DNA of 24,917 nucleotides from Vulcanimicrobiota bacterium (GCA_003133025.1 PKZK01000138.1:251-25167); one strand, 5' to 3'. Numbered from the stretch's first letter, positions 1 to 10,232 are shown. Made by a program: numbers and translations. The notes: a model not told the origin generated them from the sequence alone.

Positions 1-57
1 TCGAACGCCGCCCAGGGCGTCTCTCGAAAGCAGACCCTCGATTTCGCGCTCGGCTGA
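1..57 (+). CDS. Possible 3' end of a gene entering from the left edge (…SNAAQGVSRKQTLDFALG*)
   Basis: Frame 1 is open from base 1 to TGA at 55-57, with mostly G/C-ending codons, and converges on the macroglobulin stop 25 bp away. Too short to identify. Confidence 0.35.
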   Translation, partial: SNAAQGVSRKQTLDFALG

Positions 58-82
58 CGACGCTGCACGCGCCGCCGCAAAT

Positions 83-3000
83 CTATTTCGCGTCGATCGT
101 CAGACGCGAACTCGACGTGCGGCCGAACTCCTCGGGCGCGTACTGTAAGCTGACCTCCGCACCCGGCCACGCGAACGAGCCCGGGGTCACCGAACGAACC
201 AAATAGTGCACGGCGTAGACGCCGGGCGCCAGATGGTGCGCGAAGGCCAGCACGTGGTCGCGATAGATCTGCTGGTAATCGATCTGCCAGTCGTCGCTCT
301 GCGTCTGGAAGTACTTCGTCGACGTTTGGAAGCCGGCGTCGATCGCTTCGAGGCCCGCCGGCAACGGATCGTTGACGACGACGTCGTCGAGCCCGTGATC
401 GGTGACGATCCGGTCCTCGATTTCGAAGACCGCGCCCGCGGGCAGATGCACGGCATCCGGCGCGACCTGGGCTAATCCGAACGTCGCGAGGGTCGTCGCG
501 GCGTTGGCCGGATGCACGAGGCGATCGATGCGGATACCCGAGTATGCGCCCGGTCCGGCGTCGGGCGCCGGATAGCGCAGCGCGACCGTGTAGTGGAGCG
601 TGCCCGTGCCGCGTTTGGTCAGCGAGAGGGTGCTCTTGCCGGTCGGGACGCCCTTCGCGCCGAGCGGGAAGCTGAGCGCCTGCAGCGATTTGGCGTAGCC
701 CGCAAACGAGGCCGACCCGCCGGCCGCGCCCGCCTTCACATCGACGGCGAACGTGCCCGGCGGCGGCGTCTTCACCGCATAAACGGTGAGCGCATTCAAG
801 GCCTCGGCATCGTCGCACGCGCAGCCCCACGTACCGTTGCGCCGCATCCCGAGCAGACTCGTCAGTACCTTGTCGATCCGGTCGGCGGGCGTCGCGCTCT
901 CGACGAGCAGCGAGAGCAACTGTGCTTGCGCGGCGACCGGCGTCTCGCCCGCGCCCGGGTCGTTGACGCTCGCGCGCCGCGCGGTTTCGTAGACCTGCTC
1001 GAGCAGTTTATCGCGCAGCGCCAAGCCCTGCGCGCGCCACTGCGGCAGCACGAGCAGCATGCGCGCGAATTCGACGCGTTCGCCGTACGCGATCGTATCG
1101 CGTTTGGCCCAGATGTCGGCGACGAATTCGTTGCGCGGCGTGCCCAGCGTGGCAAAGGTTTCGAGCGCTTCGAGGCGCACGGCAATACGGCACGCCTCAT
1201 CCGTCTTCGCGTCGCATTCCGGCGACGGATCGGCGAGGCGGCTCTCCAAGAAGCGCGATGCGTGCGCGATGGCGCCGGTTACGTCGGCACCCGCACGACG
1301 GGCTTGCGCGAGTTGGGTCGCGGCGAACGCCGTCGACCAGATGTCGCCGCTCTTCGCACCCGGCCAGGGTGCGTAGGAGCCGTCGGGCAGCGTCAACGCC
1401 TCGAGCGCGGCCAGATCGCCGGCGAGGGTTTGACGCAACGTGGGCGCGGCCGCGGTGTGGCCGAACTGCTCCCCGAGCAGAATCGAGTCGGCAGCGATTG
1501 CGATGCGGCTTGCCAGGCCGTAGGCGAACGGCGGCCGCTCCTGTGCGAGGACGCTCTGGCTTTGGCTGACCTCGCCGAGTAACGTATTGGCGAGCGTCAG
1601 ATCGAGGCCGCCGAGCGCTCCGGTCGCGTACGCGGGCACGTCGAGCGGCAACGCGAGCGACGGGTCCATGCTCGCGCCCGAGGTGGCTACCGTCTCGCTC
1701 ACCCCGAGCGCCGTCTCCAAGAGCGGTACCGAAAACGCATCGTCGTGCGCGCCGAGCTTGCTCGTCACGCCCACGGTTGCGGTGCCCTCGCCGTTCGCGA
1801 CCACGTCGAACCGCACCGCCGAATTGAGCGCCGTAATCGGCTGCTGAACGCTCGTCTTTTGGCCGCCCGCCGCAAAGCTCAAGGGCCCGCCCAACGTCGC
1901 GGTGATGTCGGCGGTGCCGCCCGACTTGGCGATGTCGGTCAGCGCGACGCCGAGCGAGAATGTGTCGCCCGGCCGCGCGAACTGCGGCAAAATCGGATTG
2001 GTCACGAGCGCCTTGCTCGCGATGAAACTGCTCTCGCCGTTCCCGAAGCGGGCATCTTTCGTTAGCGCCAAGACCATCACGCGCCAGGTCGTGAGATCGT
2101 CGGGCAACTGGAACTCGACGTTGGCGTCGCCGCCCGCGTCGGTTTGCAGCGCGCCGCTCCAGAATGCGAGCGCCTTGAAGTTGGTGCGCACCCGCGTGCT
2201 GCCCAAGCCCGCCATCGCGCCGCCGCCGAAGCCGAAGCCCTTGTCGACGTACTTGTGTTCGCTGACCAGCCGCACGTCGGCGCGGCTATCGCCTATGCGG
2301 GTCGAGATCGGTTGCTCCGCATAGACGATCTTTACGAGATCGGGGAAGCGGTAGCCGGTCAGTTGCAGCACCGCATCGTTGACCACCGCGATCGCGACCT
2401 CGCCCGCGACGGGCTTCCCGTTCACATCGGTGAGGTGGATGCCCAAGCGCTGCTTCGCACCCGGCTCGACCTGCGTGGCCGCAGGCTTCACGCCGACCTT
2501 GAGATACTTGCCGTCGAGCGCGACGTCGAAACCGGCCAGACCGTTGACGGCCAACCGGCCCAGTTTATCCGGCACGCCGCGGGTCAGCGACGGACCGCGA
2601 CGCACGAGCACCGCCTCGGCGGCGGCGTTGGGCAGCATCTCGGGCGTCACCGTGAAGTGGACCTGCGGCGCGGCGCCGGTCACGTGTTGCGTCGTGCGAT
2701 AGAGCACGCCGTGCCGTACCACTGCGAAGAACAGGTCGGCTTCGGCGTACGGTGATTGGATGAGCGCCGTGGCGGTTTCGCCCGGGCGGTACGACGTCTT
2801 ATCGAGCTTGACCGTCAGGTGGTTTGGGTCTTGCGCGCCCCAATCGGTCTCGCCCGCGCCGGATACCCAGAGCGAGAGGTCGGTGGCACTCGCGTCGTTT
2901 GCGGCATCGGAGAAATTGGCGCGCACGCGGTAGACGCCCGGCTTGGGCGCCGTCAGCGAAACGCTTTGCTCCTGCGCGGCGCTCTCGAATTCGGCACTCG

Positions 3001-5776
3001 CAACGTCGACGTAGCGCACCGCATCGTGGGGCGTCTCGCTTCCTTCCACGACCTGCGTCACGCTGCTGTAATCCTGTCGTTGCAGCGTCAACTTGACGTG
3101 CCGGCCTTCGATTGCTTTGCCGCCGGGATCGGTCACGATGCCCTGCACCGAAAACGGCGTGCCCGCTTGCGCCACGAAATCGCCCTTGAGGCCGATCAAT
3201 GCGTCGCTCGGAAACGCGGTGAACGTCTTCGAGTCGGCCACGGAGAGATTCGACGCGTCGGTCGTCTCCGCATCGACTTGATATTGCATGGGATAGGGCA
3301 GATCGCTTCCGACGGGAATCGCGAACGTGCTCGTACCGCCGGCGCCGAGATCCACGTCCTTCTGCAGCACGTCGGGCGCGACGCTCGGCGGCTCTTCGGG
3401 ATAGTACCAAATTCGACCGAAGGAATACGCGTCGCGGCCCTCGGGCGTGAAATACGAGCGCGACCTCGTGACGTACACGTGCTGTTTGCCGCCTTCAACC
3501 GGCGCTCCGAACAGGTAGGTGCTCGTCGAATTGGCAGTGACGCTCGTGTTGGGGTCGGCGAACTGCCGGTCCAAGGTCAGGTCGACTTTGAAATTGGGCG
3601 GCTTGAACTCGGCGACGCGCAGGGAACCGTCGAGCGTCTCGCCGTTGTCGGCGCTCGCGTGTAGCGCGTAGACGCCGGTCTCGGCGTTCTTGTCGAAGGG
3701 CACGCTGACGCTGAAGGCGCCGAACGGGTCGAGGCCGCGCGAACCGAGATCGCGCTTCTTGCCGCTGGGCGATTGGAGCGTGACCGAATACTTCGAGGCG
3801 CGGCCGCGTTGCAGCGTGCCGTTCACGTCGAAGTAAGCCACGCCGAGCACCTGCGCGCTCTCGCCGGGCTGATACAGATTGCGATCGGTCAGGATCGTGC
3901 CGCGGGCCTGCGGTTGCCCCGCCGACCAGCCGATGTTGACCGCATCGTCGTAACCCCACGAGTGCGTGCGCACCCATGCCCAGTCGGCGCCTTCGTGCGC
4001 GACGACGAGCAACTCGGGCGCCGAGTTGGCGTCGGCAGCCGTGCTCGCACATGCTGCGAACGCCGCCGAATCCAGCGTCAGATTGCCGTTTGCATCGCTG
4101 CGTCCGCTCGCGCACGGCGCGGTCGAGGCCGGTGCGCTGCGCGGCGGATACGCGCCCGCGGTCGATTCGTAGATGTCGACCGGCGCAGACGGTATCGGGC
4201 TGCCGTCGGCGAGGTGCGCGAGCCGCACGAATCCGCCCGTCGGAAACCACTGCGCGAAGATCCCGACGTTGGTCAACTGCACCACGCCCAAGAACGTGCT
4301 CGGCGCATCGACGCGTCCGGGAATCGTCGCGGTGAAGCCGTAGGCGAGCGCGCCCGCCGGTGCGCCGAGTTTGGCGCGCAGGTCGACGGGCGTCTCGACT
4401 ACCGTATTCGGCTGCGCCGGCGCGGACTGCGCGACCCACGAACCCGACGCGGGCAGCCAGCGAGTAACCGTATCGGAATCGCTCGGGTCGCGCGCGATCA
4501 GGTCGGTCGGAGCCAGCGTACGGAAAGCCGCGCGGTAACGTCCGCCGGGCAGATTCGTGGTCTCGACGTTGAGGCGCAGGGGCGCACCGGCCGGAAACGA
4601 GGTGTACCCCGTCGGCGCCCAGATATCGGGACTGAGGTCGCCCGTATCGATCGTCGCCGTCGCCGCGGTGCCCAAGCGTTGGCCGAAAGCGTCGGCGAGA
4701 TCGGCGCCGACGGTCACGGTGTAATGCGTGCGCGGTTTGAGCGCATAGGGATTGATACGCACGATTGCCGCGCCGTCGTCGACGCCGGCCAAGGGCAACG
4801 ACGGATCGGGCGAAGGCGACACGGAGATCGCAGCCTTCACGCTCTTCGGGTCGAGCGGGTTGGAGAACTTCAGCGCGGGATCGCCCGAAGCGAAGCGCGG
4901 CTGGTCGGCAAAGCCGAGCACGGCCAGCGTGGTGATGCCGTTGAAACCGAGCGGGCCGCGCGTGAGCACCTTGCCTTCGAAGCGCGCCGCCGAGGCGAGG
5001 TTGCCGGCCGCGGGCTTCACGCCCGGTTCCACCACGAAACGATAGCGCGTCGCCGCGGCGAGATCGCTCGCGGGCGCGAGTTCGTAGGACGTGCCTTGGC
5101 CGTCGCCGCTGGGTCCGGTGGTGTCCGTTCCCGGGGAAGGTGAAGGCTGCGGGACGATCGCGAGATCGACGGACGCCGCGCCCGGAGTATCGGGCACCAG
5201 TTTTGCGTTGGCGGCAAGCGATGCGGGATCGAGGTCGACGTTGGAAACCAGGCTGACGTGTGGCCGCAAATCGACCGGACGCAGGTCGGCGACGGCCGTT
5301 TCCGCTCCGGTTAAATTCGTGAGCGCGATAGCGGCCGTGGTGAAACTCCACGCGTAGTCGCCCGCAAGCGTGTCGCCGGAGAGATCGCTCAGGCCGCCCG
5401 TGACCGTGACGCGCAGGCGCGAACTCTGCGGGATCGGCGCGTCGGCTTCAAAGCCGACCATGCGGGGAGTCAGGAACAGGAAGCGTCCGGGAATAGCGGG
5501 TTCGATGCGGAAATGCTCGAGCGCCGCTTGGCGTTCGGGCGATTCCAGCGCGTCGAGCGGAATCACGTCCTTACGGAAGCGGATCCGCACCTGCGCGCCC
5601 GCGCCGGCTTCGCCGGTGGGCGAGATCGACTCGAACCACGCCGGCAGCGGTTGGGCGGCGACCGGCGAAACCTCAGGCAGCGGCGTCGCTGCGGCATGAG
5701 GCGCCTCAGTGGTGGTACAGCCCGGAAGCAGCGAAGCCGCCAGACACGCGAGCAACACGAACGACGGAACCCGCAA
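83..5776 (-). CDS. Bacterial alpha-2-macroglobulin family lipoprotein (~1897 aa), no thioester motif
   Basis: TTG start at 5776 with GGAGG 7 nt upstream. Lipoprotein signal MRVPSFVLLACLAASLLPG|C. Two N-terminal Ig-like (Big_5-type) segments. A2M hallmarks: TDRNLYQPGE, VAEFKPPNFKV, LDKTSYRPGETA, RTNF..LAFW, LPDDLTTWRVM, LPQFARPGD, DPLPAGLE, YLVRSVTPGSFAWP, YAPEEFGR. Adjacent to pbpC. Confidence 0.95.
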   Translation of the reverse strand: MRVPSFVLLACLAASLLPGCTTTEAPHAAATPLPEVSPVAAQPLPAWFESISPTGEAGAGAQVRIRFRKDVIPLDALESPERQAALEHFRIEPAIPGRFLFLTPRMVGFEADAPIPQSSRLRVTVTGGLSDLSGDTLAGDYAWSFTTAAIALTNLTGAETAVADLRPVDLRPHVSLVSNVDLDPASLAANAKLVPDTPGAASVDLAIVPQPSPSPGTDTTGPSGDGQGTSYELAPASDLAAATRYRFVVEPGVKPAAGNLASAARFEGKVLTRGPLGFNGITTLAVLGFADQPRFASGDPALKFSNPLDPKSVKAAISVSPSPDPSLPLAGVDDGAAIVRINPYALKPRTHYTVTVGADLADAFGQRLGTAATATIDTGDLSPDIWAPTGYTSFPAGAPLRLNVETTNLPGGRYRAAFRTLAPTDLIARDPSDSDTVTRWLPASGSWVAQSAPAQPNTVVETPVDLRAKLGAPAGALAYGFTATIPGRVDAPSTFLGVVQLTNVGIFAQWFPTGGFVRLAHLADGSPIPSAPVDIYESTAGAYPPRSAPASTAPCASGRSDANGNLTLDSAAFAACASTAADANSAPELLVVAHEGADWAWVRTHSWGYDDAVNIGWSAGQPQARGTILTDRNLYQPGESAQVLGVAYFDVNGTLQRGRASKYSVTLQSPSGKKRDLGSRGLDPFGAFSVSVPFDKNAETGVYALHASADNGETLDGSLRVAEFKPPNFKVDLTLDRQFADPNTSVTANSTSTYLFGAPVEGGKQHVYVTRSRSYFTPEGRDAYSFGRIWYYPEEPPSVAPDVLQKDVDLGAGGTSTFAIPVGSDLPYPMQYQVDAETTDASNLSVADSKTFTAFPSDALIGLKGDFVAQAGTPFSVQGIVTDPGGKAIEGRHVKLTLQRQDYSSVTQVVEGSETPHDAVRYVDVASAEFESAAQEQSVSLTAPKPGVYRVRANFSDAANDASATDLSLWVSGAGETDWGAQDPNHLTVKLDKTSYRPGETATALIQSPYAEADLFFAVVRHGVLYRTTQHVTGAAPQVHFTVTPEMLPNAAAEAVLVRRGPSLTRGVPDKLGRLAVNGLAGFDVALDGKYLKVGVKPAATQVEPGAKQRLGIHLTDVNGKPVAGEVAIAVVNDAVLQLTGYRFPDLVKIVYAEQPISTRIGDSRADVRLVSEHKYVDKGFGFGGGAMAGLGSTRVRTNFKALAFWSGALQTDAGGDANVEFQLPDDLTTWRVMVLALTKDARFGNGESSFIASKALVTNPILPQFARPGDTFSLGVALTDIAKSGGTADITATLGGPLSFAAGGQKTSVQQPITALNSAVRFDVVANGEGTATVGVTSKLGAHDDAFSVPLLETALGVSETVATSGASMDPSLALPLDVPAYATGALGGLDLTLANTLLGEVSQSQSVLAQERPPFAYGLASRIAIAADSILLGEQFGHTAAAPTLRQTLAGDLAALEALTLPDGSYAPWPGAKSGDIWSTAFAATQLAQARRAGADVTGAIAHASRFLESRLADPSPECDAKTDEACRIAVRLEALETFATLGTPRNEFVADIWAKRDTIAYGERVEFARMLLVLPQWRAQGLALRDKLLEQVYETARRASVNDPGAGETPVAAQAQLLSLLVESATPADRIDKVLTSLLGMRRNGTWGCACDDAEALNALTVYAVKTPPPGTFAVDVKAGAAGGSASFAGYAKSLQALSFPLGAKGVPTGKSTLSLTKRGTGTLHYTVALRYPAPDAGPGAYSGIRIDRLVHPANAATTLATFGLAQVAPDAVHLPAGAVFEIEDRIVTDHGLDDVVVNDPLPAGLEAIDAGFQTSTKYFQTQSDDWQIDYQQIYRDHVLAFAHHLAPGVYAVHYLVRSVTPGSFAWPGAEVSLQYAPEEFGRTSSSRLTIDAK

Positions 5777-5847
5777 ACGCCAACCTCCCGAGGCCCCCTT
5801 CGCGCGCGACCGCGCTTCTCTTTTTCGCGCTCGCCGTTCTGTGCATT

Positions 5848-8052
5848 TTGGGCTACGCCATGCGGCCGCTGGGGATTCCCAGGCTCCCGCACGACGAGCG
5901 CGCGCTCGAATTCGTCGATCGCAACGGCTTGCCGCTGGGCACGATCCTCGGGCGCGGCGAGCGCCGCACGCTGCCGGTGCCGCTGGAACGCATGAGCCCG
6001 CAATTCCTCGACGCCGTGCTTGCCGCGGAGGACCGGCGCTTCTTCTTCCACGGTGCAGTCGATTGGGCGTCGGCGGCGCGGGCGGCCTTTCAGTCGCTGC
6101 GTAGCCGCGCTCTTCCCGGCGGTGCGTCGACGCTCTCGATGCAGGTCGCGCGCCTGATCGAGCCCGTGCCCTCCACCTTCGCGGGTAAATTGCGCGAGGC
6201 GTGGCTGGCCGCGCGCTTGGAAAACGGAAACGAAAAGCGCGCGATCTTGGCGGCCTATTGCAATCTCGCGCCGATGGGCTCCAACGTCTACGGCGTCGAG
6301 GCCGCAGCACGAACGTACTTCGGCGTCGATGCGGCGCACCTCGACCTCGCCCAGGCGGCCTTCCTGGCCGCGCTGCCCAACGATCCGGTTCGGCTCGATC
6401 CGTATCTGCATCGCGCGGCGCTCGAAGCCCGGCGACGGTACGTGCTCGAACGCATGGAACAAACCGGACTCATCTCGCCGGAATCGCGTTCGCGCGCCGC
6501 CGCCGAGGTCGTAGCGCTGCGCCCGCGTGCCGAAGGCATCGCCGCCGCCGCGCACTTTCTCTTTCACCTCGCACCCGGCGTGCCCGACGGCACCGCCCGC
6601 GTGCGCACCACCCTCGACCGTCCGCTGCAAGAGTTCGTGCAGGCGCAGGTGCGCGATGTCGTGGCCGGCCAGCGGGCGTACGGCATGCGCGATGCCGCGG
6701 CGCTCGTCGTCGACAATCGCAGCGGCGACGTGCTCGCCTACGTCGGTTCGCCCGACTATTTCGACGACGATGCACTCGGGCGCAACGACGGCGTCCAGGC
6801 CCTGCGCCAGCCGGGTTCGGCGCTCAAGCCGTTTCTCTACGAACTCGCACTCGAACGCGGCGTGGTGAGACCCGATACGATCCTGGCCGACGTGCCGACC
6901 GTGTACGGCTTGCCGGGCGCGCACGCGTACCGGCCGCTGGATTATTACTAACGTTTCCTCGGGCCGGTGCGCGTGCGCGCCGCCCTGGCCGACTCGCTCA
7001 ACGTGCCCGCGGTGCGCGTGCTTTCCGAGGTCGGCGTCGAGCCGTTTCGTCGCCGCCTGATCGATTTGGGCTTTGCCCATCTGACCCACGACGCGAGCTA
7101 TTACGGGCTCGGCCTGACGCTCGGCGCGGGCGAAGTGACCTTAGCCGAAATCGCGCGCGCGTACGTCACCGCGGCGCGCGGCGGCCGGCCCCTCGCGCTG
7201 CGCGAAGTGTTCGGTGCACCCTCGCCGCCGGCAAGCGAGGACGCGGCGCAGCTCGATCCAGCCTGGCCGTTGATCACCGACATGCTGGCCGACGCGCACG
7301 CGCGGGCCGCGTCGTTCGGCGTCGACTCGATCCTCGCATTGCCGTTTCCCGCGGCGGTGAAGACGGGCACGTCGTCGGACTATCGCGACGTGTGGACGGT
7401 CGGCTACACGCGCGACTACACGGTCGCGGTCTGGGCCGGAAACTTCGACGGCTCGCCGATGCACGGCATCTCGGGCGTCACCGGAGCGGGCCCGCTCTGG
7501 GCGCGCATCATGCTGCACCTGCACGAAACGCACGAGCCGGCCGCCTTCGATCCTCCGCCGGGCTACGTGCGCGCCACCATCTGCGCGCAGGGCGACGCCC
7601 TGCCCCAGCATGCCTGCACGCCGGTGCGCGAATGGCTCGACCCGGGCGATCTCGCGCGCGTCCGTGCGGCGCGGGTCGCAGCGCCGCGGCGCGACCCCGG
7701 ACGCGAATACGACGAATGGCTGATCTCGCAGCCCGAGCGCGAGCGCTTGCCCACGCGCATCCTCTTTCCGCACGATGGCGACGCCTTCGTGTTCGATCCG
7801 CACGGCGGCCGCAGCCAGCGGATCGAGATCGAAATCGCGGGACCGCACGACGCGACGCTGCGCGTTTCGCTCGACGGCCGGCGCCTCAGGCCGCTCGGCA
7901 GCGACTATCTCTGGCCCGTGCTGCCGGGAAACCACGAACTCGAGGCACGTTCGGCGCGCGGAACCTCGCATGTCGCGTTCACCGTCTTGCGCGAGGGTCC
8001 GCACGCGCACGCGGGCTTCACCCTCGCACCCACGAACGGCTCGGCACGATGA
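5848..8052 (+). pseudogene. pbpC: Penicillin-binding protein 1C (transglycosylase + transpeptidase + C-terminal domain), interrupted by an in-frame TAA at 6949-6951 (pseudogene or sequencing error)
   Basis: ORFs 5848-6951 and 6967-8052 share a frame and read through as RPLDYY*RFLGPVRVR. Transglycosylase motifs EDRRFFFH, GASTLSMQ, KLRE. Transpeptidase motifs SxxK (PGSALKP), SxN (DSLN), KTG (VKTGTS). Neighbours an A2M gene. Start codon uncertain. Confidence 0.88.
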
Positions 8053-8059
8053 CCGAGCG

Positions 8060-8794
8060 CTACCTCGGAAGCGACTGCAGGAACGCGCTGAGGGCGCCCC
8101 AGTTCTCGTCGACGCCGCCCGCATTTTTGTCGGCGCGCAGGGTCGATGCACCGTGCACGCCCGAGTGCGGAACGTATTGCTGCTTCTGCTTCGATGCGAC
8201 GGCCGCGAGAATCGATTTCGCGTTACCGACCTCTTCCTTGTCGGACGCGGAATCGATGAAGACGGGCACGTGCACGTTGTGCGCCGCGGCGTGGACCGCG
8301 TGCTTGTCCGCGAGATATTCGCCGGGCGAGAAGGCCATGACGGCGTCGATCTCCTTGGGGTGCTTGGCGGCGAGTTCGAAGACGAGCGCGGCCGAGTAGC
8401 TGCTGCCCAGCACGTAGATCTTGGCCGCGGGGTGGGTGCGGTGAACGTAGGTGACCGCGGCCTCGAGATCGGCGTACGCCTTCTCGTACGACTCGCTCTT
8501 GCCGAGGTGTTGCACCGTCTCGTTGCCGGGCGCATACAGATCGCCGCCGGAACGCGCGTCGACGGCCAGCGCGTTGTAACCCAACTGCACCAGGCGCGGC
8601 GCGATGGGCGCGTACTCGTTCTTGTTCGAGCCGGCCTGATGGAAGAGCAGAATCCAGGGTGCGTTCGGCGACGGCGCGGCGTAGGGTTGCGCGTAGACCG
8701 TCACGCCGTCGCCGGCGGAAAACGTCACGGGCGCGCCCTGGGCGAGCGGCGGCACGAGACCCATGCCGGCCAGGAGAACCAACGTACGCAGCAT
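8060..8794 (-). CDS. Secreted alpha/beta-fold hydrolase
   Basis: Signal peptide (MLRTLVLLAGMGLVPPLAQG). LLFHQAGS oxyanion region, ALAVDARSGG, nucleophile elbow LGSSYSA, C-terminal GVHGAS His. Confidence 0.85.
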   Translation of the reverse strand: MLRTLVLLAGMGLVPPLAQGAPVTFSAGDGVTVYAQPYAAPSPNAPWILLFHQAGSNKNEYAPIAPRLVQLGYNALAVDARSGGDLYAPGNETVQHLGKSESYEKAYADLEAAVTYVHRTHPAAKIYVLGSSYSAALVFELAAKHPKEIDAVMAFSPGEYLADKHAVHAAAHNVHVPVFIDSASDKEEVGNAKSILAAVASKQKQQYVPHSGVHGASTLRADKNAGGVDENWGALSAFLQSLPR

Positions 8795-8847
8795 GGGGAC
8801 GGGTTCGACCTCGTTGCGCGCGCCTCCGCCGCTTCGCCCCGGAACGC

Positions 8848-8870
8848 CTAGAAGCTCTACACGCTTCTAG
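8848..8870. other. Perfect 8-bp inverted repeat (CTAGAAGC-N7-GCTTCTAG) overlapping the stop of the hypothetical gene; possible hairpin or operator
   Basis: Seen directly. No U-tract follows, so not a classic intrinsic terminator. Confidence 0.3.
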
Positions 8871-9430
8871 CGGATATCGATCTTGAGCGACTGCCGCGCG
8901 CCCTGCGGCTCGGCCGTGGGCGGCGGGGCCGGCGTCAACGGTTCGTCGGCCTGGGCTTCGATCGTCTCCGCCGTTTTGGCCAGCATCGCGAAGAGAAACG
9001 TGTCGATCGGTTCGATCTGGATCGGTCCGCGCAGGTCGCCCGGGGAGAGATAGTACAGGTCGGCGTGCGCGAGGTCGTCGGCGACGCGTATCTCCACGAT
9101 GCGCCCGACGCCCGCGAAGATGTCGGGCACCGAGGCATGCGCGAAGCGGCCCAGCGCATCCACGGAAATCTTCATCTTGCTGCCGTCGAAGATCGCGAGC
9201 ACGATGGAGAGACCGCCGTGCGCCTTGCTCTCGTCGGTGCCGATATCGACCAAACGCGCGCCGGTGATCGGGTCGGTACGGGTCAGATAGCCGGCGAGGA
9301 TGACCCGAAAATAGGCGAGCAGACGCGTGAGCTGTTCCGACCGCGCAATCCGCGTTTGCGTTTGCCGGTCGCGTATTGCCGCGATACGCGCGAAGCTCGC
9401 ATGCAGATCATCCGCCACGCGACGAACCAT
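8867..9430 (-). CDS. Hypothetical protein (~187 aa)
   Basis: Normal globular composition and GC-rich codons. ATG at 9430 (or GTG at 9418) overlaps the aldolase stop. No recognised motif. Confidence 0.65.
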   Translation of the reverse strand: MVRRVADDLHASFARIAAIRDRQTQTRIARSEQLTRLLAYFRVILAGYLTRTDPITGARLVDIGTDESKAHGGLSIVLAIFDGSKMKISVDALGRFAHASVPDIFAGVGRIVEIRVADDLAHADLYYLSPGDLRGPIQIEPIDTFLFAMLAKTAETIEAQADEPLTPAPPPTAEPQGARQSLKIDIR

Positions 9431-10232
9431 CGCCGACGTCCACGATGAAATCCTGCAATCCGGGCGCAACAGGTTCGTCGATCACGCCGCGAAAGCGGCG
9501 GACACCCTCGGCGAGCAATCCGTGAAAATGCGTGTAGAGATACTGTCCGCCGAGTTGCCGGAAGCGCCGCACGTCGGCCGGGCCGCCCGAGGAACCCGCG
9601 ATCTTACCTTCGCCTTGTATAGTCGCGAAGCACCGTTCGATCGCTTCTCGTACCGCCGGTTCGTCGAGCTTTCCGGGATGACCGAGCGAGAGCGAAAGGT
9701 CCATCGGGCCGACGAAAAACACGTCGACGCCTTCCACCCGTACGATCTCGTCGAGATTGGCGAGCGCGTTGCGGTGCTCGATCTGGACGACGACGAGCAC
9801 TTCGCGGTTGCTGTGCTCCACGAATTGCGCCGCGTTGAAGTCGACGCCGTAACCGGTCGCGCGCGTTCCGGGCGCGAGCCCGCGCTCGCCGAAGGGATGA
9901 TAGCGCGCGGCGGCCACGGCACGACGGGCATCGTCTGCCGTATCGACGTGGGGCACCTGGATGCCGTGGGCACCGCGATCGAGCGCGCGCAGGATGGACG
10001 CGTCGTCGTTGTTGGGCGGGCGCACGATGGGCGTGATGCCCGCCGCATCGGCCGCCATCGTGAGCGCATCGAGACTCTCGAACGAGATCGCGCCGTGCTC
10101 GCAATCGAGCAGTACCCAATCGAAGCCGAGCAAGCCGAAGGTCTCGACCAACTGCACCGACGGGAACATCAGGTTCACGCCGAACGCGGCTTCGCCGCGC
10201 GCGAACTTGGCTTTGAGGGCGTTAGGGCGCAT
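9408..10232 (-). CDS. HpcH/HpaI aldolase/citrate-lyase family protein
   Basis: Motifs GFDWVLLDCEHG, IVRP, LDRGAHGIQVPHV, YHPFGERG, VVQIE, FVGPMDLS. ATG at 10232 overlaps the upstream gene's end. Confidence 0.92.
   Translation of the reverse strand: MRPNALKAKFARGEAAFGVNLMFPSVQLVETFGLLGFDWVLLDCEHGAISFESLDALTMAADAAGITPIVRPPNNDDASILRALDRGAHGIQVPHVDTADDARRAVAAARYHPFGERGLAPGTRATGYGVDFNAAQFVEHSNREVLVVVQIEHRNALANLDEIVRVEGVDVFFVGPMDLSLSLGHPGKLDEPAVREAIERCFATIQGEGKIAGSSGGPADVRRFRQLGGQYLYTHFHGLLAEGVRRFRGVIDEPVAPGLQDFIVDVGDGSSRGG

Noticed and set aside
5777..6310. 178-aa N-terminal extension of the 2075-aa A2M ORF
   Set aside because: Arg/Pro-rich antisense read of pbpC. The RBS and lipoprotein signal place the start at TTG 5776.
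6949..6951. Stop-codon recoding or programmed readthrough in pbpC
   Set aside because: The codon is TAA, not the TGA/TAG used for Sec/Pyl, and TAA, TAG and TGA all end other genes in this window.
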